16,313 nucleotides of DNA from Promethearchaeia archaeon. GTDB lineage: Archaea > Asgardarchaeota > Lokiarchaeia > Sigyniarchaeales > SOKP01. This document shows positions 1 to 7,794 of this stretch, one piece after another. Made by a program: the position numbers and the translations under genes. The stretch is from contig JAWOFX010000184.1 of NCBI GenBank assembly GCA_046497275.1, positions 1 to 16,313 on the forward strand, in the 5' to 3' direction. Within the stretch, counting starts at the first letter, position 1; every line of letters begins with the position of its first letter. The notes beneath the pieces were generated by a model that worked only from the letters and a program-made list of their open reading frames with translations, did not search any database and was not told the origin of the DNA.

Positions 1-591
1 CTTGAAAAATATCCACGGAATCTCATTAATAATTTAAGGAAGAAATCGATAACATACAAATTCGATCACTGGCTCAAAGAAGGCATAATTCTGAATATTA
101 TGAAATTGAATGAGATCAGATATTTCAGAAGACCTCTATTTAGAAAGTGTACTCCTTCAGCTAATCATGATCATATCAATTTAAACTATAAACAGATTGA
201 CATAATCTATGAGGAACTTGTTAAATACATGTCCAAAAATCAAAATAAATTGCCATTCTATTTTTGTTATGCAAATAAAAGTAAGGAATATTGCGAACGA
301 TTAGCAAATAATGTATATAAAAAGCTTTCTGATCTCCTCTGGGAAACCTATTTTCCCTCATTTGATCATAGTTTCTATGACCATGGTTGTTTCGTGTTAA
401 TGAGTCAAGCTACTCCTCGCAAGCGAATATATACCATGGAACTTGAATCTAAAAAACATTTTTATGATATCTTTGCTGAAATAGAAAAATCCAAAAAAAT
501 TTCTGATTATTATGAAAATCAACTAAAGGATATCAATAAAGGATTAAAATTAGTAAAACAATCAATACTCCAAATGATTACACAATTTTAA
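1..591 (+). CDS. Hypothetical protein, probably 5'-truncated by the window edge
   Basis: Frame 1 has no stop from position 1 to the ATG at 100 (LEKYPRNLINNLRKKSITYKFDHWLKEGIILNI-MKLNE...), so the gene likely starts before the window. No recognisable motif. Its stop overlaps the stop of the convergent gene at 588-591. Confidence 0.65.
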   Translation, partial: LEKYPRNLINNLRKKSITYKFDHWLKEGIILNIMKLNEIRYFRRPLFRKCTPSANHDHINLNYKQIDIIYEELVKYMSKNQNKLPFYFCYANKSKEYCERLANNVYKKLSDLLWETYFPSFDHSFYDHGCFVLMSQATPRKRIYTMELESKKHFYDIFAEIEKSKKISDYYENQLKDINKGLKLVKQSILQMITQF

Positions 592-1583
592 TTATCAAGA
601 AATCTCAAAATACCTCCGACTAAGGCAACTTCATTCTTCTTCATAGTATGTCCACCTTTCTTAAAAATTAACTGATTTTTCTCGGGTAACTCCAATATTG
701 AACAATTCTCTTTAAAATTATTAAATTTTATAACTCTATCATTCTTAGCATGAATTAAATATATTCTCTCTGAAAGTTTTTTATATTCTTCTTTTGATAA
801 TGTTTTCTTCTGATTTTCAAATATATTATAAGGAGAGAGCATTTCTGACTTTTCTTTATCAGGAAATAATGAGATCCCTCTTAAAATATAACTGAACAAT
901 ATTATTGGATTCAAGCGTAACAAATTTTTTTTATAATGAGATATACAAGAAATTGCAATAATTTTTTTCACGTTTAAGTCGTTAAAGCTTCCCGAGATAG
1001 AAATAATACCACCAATACTAAATCCAATTGAATAGATTTGATATTTGTGATATTTTTTATGTGATTTTATCCATTGAATTATTTTTTGATAGTCTTCAAT
1101 TCTTTTTTGGAAATGATATCGTTTCCCCAATTTTCTGGAGTCACCAGTTCCTCGAGCATCATAAATCAAGATTGTGTAACCTTGCATGGCTAAGGGAAGA
1201 TAAAGATATTCTAAAGTCTGTTTTGTATCTGAATATCCATGATTAATTATGATAAAAGTATCTTTCTTACTCTCGGTTAAATCATGAGATTTAATAATAT
1301 TAATAGTAATGTTTTTATCTTTGTCCTTGCTTTCAAGGGGAATTCTAACTTTCTTTTTTATTATTCCTTCGAGATCAAGATCAGACCATCTTTCATACCA
1401 AATATTTCTCACGGAAAAATAAGTTTCAAATGGTGTGTAGACGATAAAGAAGAGACATGTTGAAATTATCAAACATCTTTCTAAGGGATTATTGAAAATA
1501 TTACAATTAATATGCCAAATAGAGGCACTAATTAAAATCCCAACAATTATAACAATTATACGCTTTATAACTTCTTTAAGCAT
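588..1583 (-). CDS. Alpha/beta hydrolase (serine esterase/lipase-like) with N-terminal hydrophobic anchor
   Basis: Oxyanion motif INHGY, YDARGTGDS, nucleophile elbow GFSIGG, acid HAKND, catalytic His in KGGH. Two hydrophobic segments in the first ~55 aa. Confidence 0.88.
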   Translation of the reverse strand: MLKEVIKRIIVIIVGILISASIWHINCNIFNNPLERCLIISTCLFFIVYTPFETYFSVRNIWYERWSDLDLEGIIKKKVRIPLESKDKDKNITINIIKSHDLTESKKDTFIIINHGYSDTKQTLEYLYLPLAMQGYTILIYDARGTGDSRKLGKRYHFQKRIEDYQKIIQWIKSHKKYHKYQIYSIGFSIGGIISISGSFNDLNVKKIIAISCISHYKKNLLRLNPIILFSYILRGISLFPDKEKSEMLSPYNIFENQKKTLSKEEYKKLSERIYLIHAKNDRVIKFNNFKENCSILELPEKNQLIFKKGGHTMKKNEVALVGGILRFLDN

Positions 1584-1739
1584 TTTTTATCCTTTGACTT
1601 GAAGTATTTCTATAGAATTACAGAGGAGTAGATTTTTTTATAAAAAAGAATAATAAAAAGATACTTTTGTTCTCTTAATCTCTATCTTTTATGTTTCTTA
1701 TTCACTTAGAGAGTAAAGATTGGAAAATATTTCGTTCTA

Positions 1740-2042
1740 TTATTTATCTGCCTTCGGGCATCCAAAATCTCTAGCAACTTGACAACCTGGTTTGGTTGAT
1801 AAACCTTTACAAGGATCACATTTTAACTTACGAAGCATTTTCTCTACTTCGTCAACTTCAGGACCAAACTCCTCTTCTTCCGTTTCGTCAGCAAGCATTT
1901 CATCTTCGATTGCATTTAAATCTTCTATCTCATCCTCATCGAGATTATCATCCCATTCATCTAAATCTAATATTTCCTCTCCATCCTCGTCTTTTTTACC
2001 ATGTGGGATTTCCTCTTCATCCACTTTCTTTTTTTTTGCCAT
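1740..2042 (-). CDS. Small hyperacidic protein with C-terminal Cys4 motif (C-x2-C-x8-C-x7-C), function unknown
   Basis: ATG preceded by an SD-like AGGAGA. 33 of residues 8-67 are D/E. Cys at 75, 78, 87 and 95. The two + strand ORFs over it look like antisense shadows. Confidence 0.8.
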   Translation of the reverse strand: MAKKKKVDEEEIPHGKKDEDGEEILDLDEWDDNLDEDEIEDLNAIEDEMLADETEEEEFGPEVDEVEKMLRKLKCDPCKGLSTKPGCQVARDFGCPKADK

Positions 2043-2050
2043 TGAATTAT

Positions 2051-2056
2051 TCTCCT
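2051..2056 (-). promoter_or_regulatory. Putative Shine-Dalgarno site (AGGAGA) for 1740..2042
   Basis: Minus strand reads AGGAGA-ATAATTCA-ATG, an 8 nt spacing. Confidence 0.55.
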
Positions 2057-2134
2057 TTTTTTTTGATAATTAATATTTGATGGTGAAAAATGATTATTAA
2101 AATTTAGATTTTTCGAGTGAATATTGTTTTTACA

Positions 2135-2143
2135 TATATAAAA
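2135..2143 (-). promoter_or_regulatory. Putative archaeal TATA box (TTTTATATA) upstream of 1740..2042
   Basis: Matches the TTTA(T/A)A consensus in the intergenic gap. Weak evidence in AT-rich DNA. Confidence 0.35.
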
Positions 2144-2180
2144 GCTTTAAATAACTGATTCTTTGATTAATGAATATAAT

Positions 2181-3470
2181 TTATGCATCCTCTAATTCAA
2201 TGATATCTTTTAATTCTTGATAAGCTTTACAGTCCAGAAGATCTTCTTTTGTACAGTCATCAATCATCCAACATCTATATTCATGATTCAAATATGCCTT
2301 ACATTGCTCTTTCTCCGGGCAATCTTTGATTTGCCAGCATTGAAATGTTTTATCTTCATAAAAGTGGTGGAACTTCTTCGGAAGTTTCTTATAATTAAAA
2401 TCTGTTTCTCTGAGATATTTATCTAAGTTATTTGAATTATAGGTATTCCAGAAAAGTACAGTTTTAGCTTTATTTTCTTCTTTTTTAAGATAATCAATCA
2501 TAGCAGCCATAGTTTTTCCCGTGTAAGTGGTTTCTATTCTAAATCCTTTGGGCTTACCTTCCAATTCCATAATCAAATCGATTGCTTTCTGTCCGCGTTC
2601 AGTTTTTGTACCATATTCAGATCCTAAGTAGCCTTCTATTATTTCAAAATCTTCCTCTCCTAATTTTATGTCAGGGATCGATTCATCACGCTTCTTTAAA
2701 TATTTTAAAGCTTTATTAGCATTTTTCAAGACATTTTCGTTATTTATAATCCAATCCATACTCACTGCGGTTATATATACTTTAGTCTTCAGTCTTAAGA
2801 GTTTGCAGCCAAGTATTAGTCCTGCTGCCGTTCCGCCTGAACCACCCGCCACAAAAATCGCATCGGGTTCTGGTATATCTTTTTTTTCAATTTGTTCTTT
2901 TAATTCAAAGATCGCATTCACGAATCCGATGGTTCCAATTGGTGAGCCCAACCCAAACAATAAACTTCCACCAGGAAACATAAGATGATGGTTTAGATGA
3001 GCCAGCTTGAAGCCAAGCACTTTCAATGCTAATTTTGTAAAATTTTTACTTAAATGAAGGTTTGCTCCAAAATAATCGTAAAGTAATAATGAGCGTTGGA
3101 CGTGCCACGTTAACGGTTGAGGAAATAAAAAAAGATGGCATCGCATATCTAATTGTTGCGCGATGATTGCACATGCCAAGGCATGATTAGATCCTATTCC
3201 TCCTATGGTAATCATTCCTTTTTTATTATTTTTGACTGCCTTCCCAAAAATGAATTCGAACTTTCTAAGCTTATTTCCCCCATAGACATGATGACATTTA
3301 TCATCCCTTTTAATATAGACTCGCCCTTCTGATTCCATGCCAATTTCCTCTTCAAGATTTTCTAATCGGTCAATTGGAGTCGGTATTTGACTTAATAAGG
3401 AAATCCATGGAACTTCTTGTTGTAGATTGGGATATGCTTTAAAAATAAGTGGTCTTTCTCTTTCAACCAT
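2181..3470 (-). CDS. PLP-dependent enzyme, D-cysteine desulfhydrase / ACC deaminase family (fold type II), with a C-terminal Cys-rich extension
   Basis: YIKRDD, GGNKLRK (PLP lysine), GGIGSNHA, phosphate loop GGSGGTAAG, ETTYTGK. The Thr in YTGK, rather than the Glu of ACC deaminase YEGK, favours a DcyD-like activity. Confidence 0.9.
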   Translation of the reverse strand: MVERERPLIFKAYPNLQQEVPWISLLSQIPTPIDRLENLEEEIGMESEGRVYIKRDDKCHHVYGGNKLRKFEFIFGKAVKNNKKGMITIGGIGSNHALACAIIAQQLDMRCHLFLFPQPLTWHVQRSLLLYDYFGANLHLSKNFTKLALKVLGFKLAHLNHHLMFPGGSLLFGLGSPIGTIGFVNAIFELKEQIEKKDIPEPDAIFVAGGSGGTAAGLILGCKLLRLKTKVYITAVSMDWIINNENVLKNANKALKYLKKRDESIPDIKLGEEDFEIIEGYLGSEYGTKTERGQKAIDLIMELEGKPKGFRIETTYTGKTMAAMIDYLKKEENKAKTVLFWNTYNSNNLDKYLRETDFNYKKLPKKFHHFYEDKTFQCWQIKDCPEKEQCKAYLNHEYRCWMIDDCTKEDLLDCKAYQELKDIIELEDA

Positions 3471-3564
3471 AGTTGAGAGTAATTTATGTCTCTATAAAAA
3501 GTTATATAATTATCTCTTGGATAAAATATAGGAAAGATATATAGACCTTTCATGCTGATATACC

Positions 3565-4527
3565 TCAAGACATCCCGATGTCGGATTCTATCATTCTAGT
3601 AATAGCAATATCAAAGAAGTTCTTGAAACTGTTCAAATAATATTGTATCACATTTTTTATATGACATTTGGTTTGATCTGTTCCAAATTCAGTGTTCTCA
3701 AGCTGATCTTGGAGTTCGATCATATAATTCTGAAATTCAGAAATAGATTCTAAATTAATATTATTATAATTCTCTATGAGAGCGTTTAAAAGATCCGGAA
3801 CCTTTAATAAGAGATCAGAGTAGTTTGAAATAATTTGATCAGGTATTCCTTGAAGATTGATGAGTGCTTCATTAATAAAATCCCGAACATAGAGAAGGAC
3901 AACACGATCACCCAAGAAACGTATTATTGGAAATTTATTTCTTGAGACAGGATATTCAGCAAGTCCAGTCACCAGAATTCTTGTACCTAATGAATATTTT
4001 CTATCTATCTCGTCTAATAGTAAATCACTGATTTTATCTTGCTCACTTTTTACTATATTTCTGATGATGGTTTCGAAGACATTAACAAGATCAACCAAAA
4101 CTTCATGAAATGTTGTTTTAGAAGCATCTAAAAGAAAATTAATATAAAATTCATTAGTATTTGGCACATCCTTAAAATCAATACCTATTATTTCACGTCT
4201 AAGTTCAATAAGGAGTTCATATAATTTCTCTTTATTGGAAGTTTTATACTTTAGATAAATATAATCTACATTTAATTTAAACGCAGAAATGATTGCTTGC
4301 CGTACTAATTTAATTGGCATTTGGTCACTATTAATTCTATATACTATTTTTTCCTCACTTTTTTCTTGAACACGAACGACGAGAGTTTTTTTATCAACTG
4401 GATAAAGAGTAATTTCTGATTTTTCCTGCAAATCTGCTTCTTTAGTCCATTCTTGTGGAAATGTAATCGCTTTAGAGTTTCCTAATTTAATTATACTACG
4501 TTTATATTTATTCTTAATATTAGTCAT
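3565..4527 (-). CDS. phoU: Archaeal AbrB/SpoVT-PhoU family regulator (phosphate uptake regulator-like)
   Basis: N-terminal AbrB-like RSIIKLGNSKAITFPQEW, then QAIISAFKLNVDYI and PhoU-like helical segments (DEIDRKYSL..R.L; RFLGDR). Confidence 0.75.
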   Translation of the reverse strand: MTNIKNKYKRSIIKLGNSKAITFPQEWTKEADLQEKSEITLYPVDKKTLVVRVQEKSEEKIVYRINSDQMPIKLVRQAIISAFKLNVDYIYLKYKTSNKEKLYELLIELRREIIGIDFKDVPNTNEFYINFLLDASKTTFHEVLVDLVNVFETIIRNIVKSEQDKISDLLLDEIDRKYSLGTRILVTGLAEYPVSRNKFPIIRFLGDRVVLLYVRDFINEALINLQGIPDQIISNYSDLLLKVPDLLNALIENYNNINLESISEFQNYMIELQDQLENTEFGTDQTKCHIKNVIQYYLNSFKNFFDIAITRMIESDIGMS

Positions 4528-4644
4528 AAGGAAAATTACTGAATTTAATTATTATTTAATTTTTTTATATTCATTGAATAAATATAATTTTTTGATTCAA
4601 ATATAATTATTTAAATTTTCATAACTAAAACACACATTCAAAAA

Positions 4645-6615
4645 TTAAAAGTTATAATTTTTAAGGTTGTTAATCTCATTTTTTAGTATTTTATTATTTT
4701 CTAGTTTCTTATTGATCGATTTTATCTGAGAGTATATTGAGAGAATATCGGTATCTGAAAAAACACTGAACTTTGGGAGATCAAAATAGCGTTTAGAAAA
4801 TTTAAAATTTATATCTGGGAAAATATTTTTTGAGAAGAGCAATCGTAAAAGTTCTGGAAATTTTTTCTCAATATTATAATCTAACTTCGATAGATAAAGA
4901 ATCTGGATTAGAGATTCGCATAAAGATTGAAGGAAAGTGATATTTTGATTAAGAATATAGGGTGAAATAACCTCTTGCATACTGAGTGATTCTAAAGAAT
5001 CATATTCATATTGAATAAGGATTTGTAAGATCTTTCCAATAGATCCCAAGGAGGAGGGAAGATACTCTGGGATAGGCAATTTTTTGATAAAACTGCCATT
5101 AAATCTAAGATATCCGCCAGACATATGAAGTGTTTCATATAAATTCTTAAATAAAGTATCTAAGAATTGAGAATTCAAGATACTAAGAAGAGAGAATAAT
5201 TCATTATTGTTTAAAGAAGGGATTTTAATGAAATATAATCCAGTTATATTAGTAAACACCCCGGGATCATAGACGCAAGTTAAATCTTTAGCAATTTCTC
5301 TAAAGATAATCTTTTCAGAGGAAAGGGTTTCATTCAGAGAATTATTGTCAGGAAAATGAAAATATGATACGTTTAAATTGTGATTGGCAATTTTTATTTT
5401 TTTGCGAAATCGAAAATGATATTTACCTAAATTGCCAGTACCAAGCAATATTAAATCTTGTTCGGAAATTTTTATTGCATTAGCAAATTTATAATATTTT
5501 TTATAATTTGTAAAGGCATATGGGCGATAGATTACATTTAACTCCGGAAAGGCCTTTTCTAAGGAGGAAAAATTAGAAAATATTTGATTAATGAAGTTTA
5601 AGTTACCTTTTAAAGGTATGATCACTTCTGGTAGTGATAATAATTGATTTTGAAGTATTTTTTGGCTTTTTTTCTTTTCTTTTTTTAATAGATCTTTTAA
5701 AGTATTATATTCCTCAATTAAAATCTCATGTCTTTCATTATTAGGTTGATTTTGTAAAGATATAATGATAGGATATGCCGAATGTTTCGAAAAGACGGGT
5801 AAAGAAGAGATATTTATTATTTGTAGAATGCGGGTATCCTCCAATAAAATCTTTCTTATTTTTATTCCATAATTTGATGCTAAAAATTTATTTGTAATAA
5901 TAAAGGAAATGATACCAGAATTCGAAGTTAAAATTTTTAATGATTTTTCTAAAAAGAGAATAGAGAGATCAAATAATTTATATGCCGATTTGAAGGTATT
6001 ATAAAGCTGAGTTTTATAAAATCTATCCGAAATCTTTTTATTCTCAACGTAGGGAGGATTTCCAATAATAATATCAAACTTTTTTTTAGGTAAATAATCT
6101 AAAAGATAATCATTAATAAATAAATTAAATTTGATTTTTGCCTCTCCCAGTTTAGAATTTAAATTATCTATATCCTTTATTTTATCTTCATCAAATTTAT
6201 TTAATATACCAGAATACTCTCCTTGTTCTTTTAGAAACCATAAAAATAATCGTAATTTAGTTATAGTGACCGCATCTTTCTCTAAATCAATTCCATGCAG
6301 ATTATTTTCAATTATTTGACGTTTTAACTGTGATTTTTTAGAGTTAGGAAATAAAATCTTATAAATCTTATATAAAAAATCTGCCGTAATCGCTAAAAAC
6401 CTTCCAGATCCGCAAGAGGGGTCTAAAATTCTTATATCTCGTAATTTTTGTCTAACAGACAACCGGAGATTTTGGTCCTTTGTTAATCTCGTGAGAGATA
6501 TAAAGAATTTTTCTTTGTTAGAAGATTCTAAATCCAAATTAAAATTGATTTTTAAATATTTGCTGATTGTTTCCCGAATTATATATTCAATAATATTTAT
6601 TGGTGTATAGATCAC
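4645..6615 (-). CDS. N6-adenine DNA methyltransferase (TaqI/Eco57I-like, gamma-type motif order) with C-terminal target-recognition region; true start probably upstream of 6615
   Basis: Motif I ILDPSCGSGRFL, motif IV FDIIIGNPPY, TaqI_C-like KIIFREIAK. The YGVIYTP motif straddles the annotated GTG. The frame stays open back to the TAA at 6757-6759. Confidence 0.88.
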   Translation of the reverse strand: MIYTPINIIEYIIRETISKYLKINFNLDLESSNKEKFFISLTRLTKDQNLRLSVRQKLRDIRILDPSCGSGRFLAITADFLYKIYKILFPNSKKSQLKRQIIENNLHGIDLEKDAVTITKLRLFLWFLKEQGEYSGILNKFDEDKIKDIDNLNSKLGEAKIKFNLFINDYLLDYLPKKKFDIIIGNPPYVENKKISDRFYKTQLYNTFKSAYKLFDLSILFLEKSLKILTSNSGIISFIITNKFLASNYGIKIRKILLEDTRILQIINISSLPVFSKHSAYPIIISLQNQPNNERHEILIEEYNTLKDLLKKEKKKSQKILQNQLLSLPEVIIPLKGNLNFINQIFSNFSSLEKAFPELNVIYRPYAFTNYKKYYKFANAIKISEQDLILLGTGNLGKYHFRFRKKIKIANHNLNVSYFHFPDNNSLNETLSSEKIIFREIAKDLTCVYDPGVFTNITGLYFIKIPSLNNNELFSLLSILNSQFLDTLFKNLYETLHMSGGYLRFNGSFIKKLPIPEYLPSSLGSIGKILQILIQYEYDSLESLSMQEVISPYILNQNITFLQSLCESLIQILYLSKLDYNIEKKFPELLRLLFSKNIFPDINFKFSKRYFDLPKFSVFSDTDILSIYSQIKSINKKLENNKILKNEINNLKNYNF

Positions 6616-6860
6616 TCCATATGTCTTTTGGGCAGATTCATCTTGAAATTTCTGATATTCAAATATTTTTATACATTGGTTTAATAGTTCTAAGGTATGA
6701 AGACTTTTCTCGCGAATAGTTAATCCCTTATTCTCATGGTTTTTTCTGAATTTAATTTAGATTCTTCTTCCTAATAAAGATGAGCTTTTAAGAATTTTAG
6801 AACGATAATCAAAAATTTAATAAATATACATTAAACAAATGATAGTAGAGCTGTTTAAGA

Positions 6861-7757
6861 ATGATTGAGGAATCTTTTCTTAAGAAAATAATCAAATCAC
6901 CTGAAAAAGTTTCCAGATTTAAGTTTGATAAAGTTTCTGAAATATTAAAAGAAGCAAAAGAAATTTTTTCTAATGAAAAGCTTTTATTAGAATTGAATGC
7001 TAAAAACGATGAAGAAATTTTCGTTATTGGAGATATTCATGGAAATCTAGACTCTCTAAAAAAAATTTATAATATAATTAAAGAAAAAAATCCAAAATAT
7101 GTAATTTTTCTGGGTGATATTGTTGATCGTGGTTCATATCAAATTGAATGCTTTAGTTTTGTCTTAAGTTTGAAGATTTTATTTCCAAATAAGTATTATT
7201 TACTACGTGGAAATCATGAAACACTTCAAATGAATAAATATTATGGGTTTTATGATGATTTTGATATGAGATTTGGAAGTGAGGGAGATTTTACTGAAAT
7301 TATTCAATTATATAATGTTTTACCTATATGTACCATAATAAATAATTCTATATTATGTTTACACGGAGGTATTCCAGAAAATAATAATATTTTGAATGAA
7401 ATCAAAGATTTAAAACATCAAGAATTGCCCTACACGCCTTCTGGTCCGATTGAGGAAGGGATTTTTCAGCTCCTTTGGAATGACCCTAAGGAAGGCCTTT
7501 CGGGTTTTATGCATAGTTTTAGAGGAGGAGATATAAAATTTTTTGGAGAGGAAGTTTTTGAGATTTTTATGAATAAATATAATTTAAAATATCTTATTCG
7601 TGCCCATGAAGTTTTTCCCATGGGTTATAAGTGGTTTTTTGACCATAGACTTTTATCAGTTTTTTCTTCTTCTGATTATAGAGGAGCAGGAAGTAATTAT
7701 GGAGCCTATGCAAGAGTTAAAGGAGAGGAAATATTTGCAGAAACAATAGAAGATTAA
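6861..7757 (+). CDS. PPP-family Ser/Thr protein phosphatase (PP1/PP2A-like catalytic domain)
   Basis: GDIHG, [27 protein letters not shown], RAHE and VFSSSDY (SAPNY equivalent), all in the correct order. Confidence 0.92.
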   Translation: [298 protein letters not shown]

Positions 7758-7794
7758 ACGTTAAAAAATTGAAATTTAGAATTTATTTAAAAAA

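Noticed and set aside
1028-1246. 72-aa + strand ORF
   Set aside because: Entirely antisense to the alpha/beta hydrolase, with no motif.
1634-1647. Perfect 14-bp palindrome TTTTTTATAAAAAA upstream of the hydrolase
   Set aside because: Pure A/T and expected by chance at this composition. At most it is a TATA box or oligo-T terminator.
2029-2064. Two 9-nt homopolymer runs near the acidic protein start as possible phase-variation tracts
   Set aside because: One encodes the poly-Lys N-terminus in frame and the other lies upstream of the SD. Such runs are common in this genome and there is no frameshift evidence.
1792-2080. Two + strand ORFs (1792..2073 Ser-rich; 1796..2080 Leu/Pro/His-rich)
   Set aside because: Antisense shadows of the Glu/Asp codon run in 1740..2042. 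Their composition is what the reverse complement of GAA/GAT repeats predicts.
2217-2988. + strand ORFs 2217..2426 and 2668..2988
   Set aside because: Antisense to the well-supported PLP enzyme, with no independent coding signal.
3550-3567. Possible selenocysteine read-through at TGA stops (PhoU-like gene; also porB at 11202-11204)
   Set aside because: Both proteins look complete. The next in-frame stop comes after 4 codons (PhoU) or immediately (porB, TGA TAA), and I see no SECIS-like hairpin.
6131-6319. 62-aa + strand ORF
   Set aside because: Antisense inside the methyltransferase.
4645-6756. Fused restriction-modification (type IIG) enzyme
   Set aside because: At most 47 residues precede motif X, too few for a PD-(D/E)xK nuclease domain, and no such motif is recognisable.
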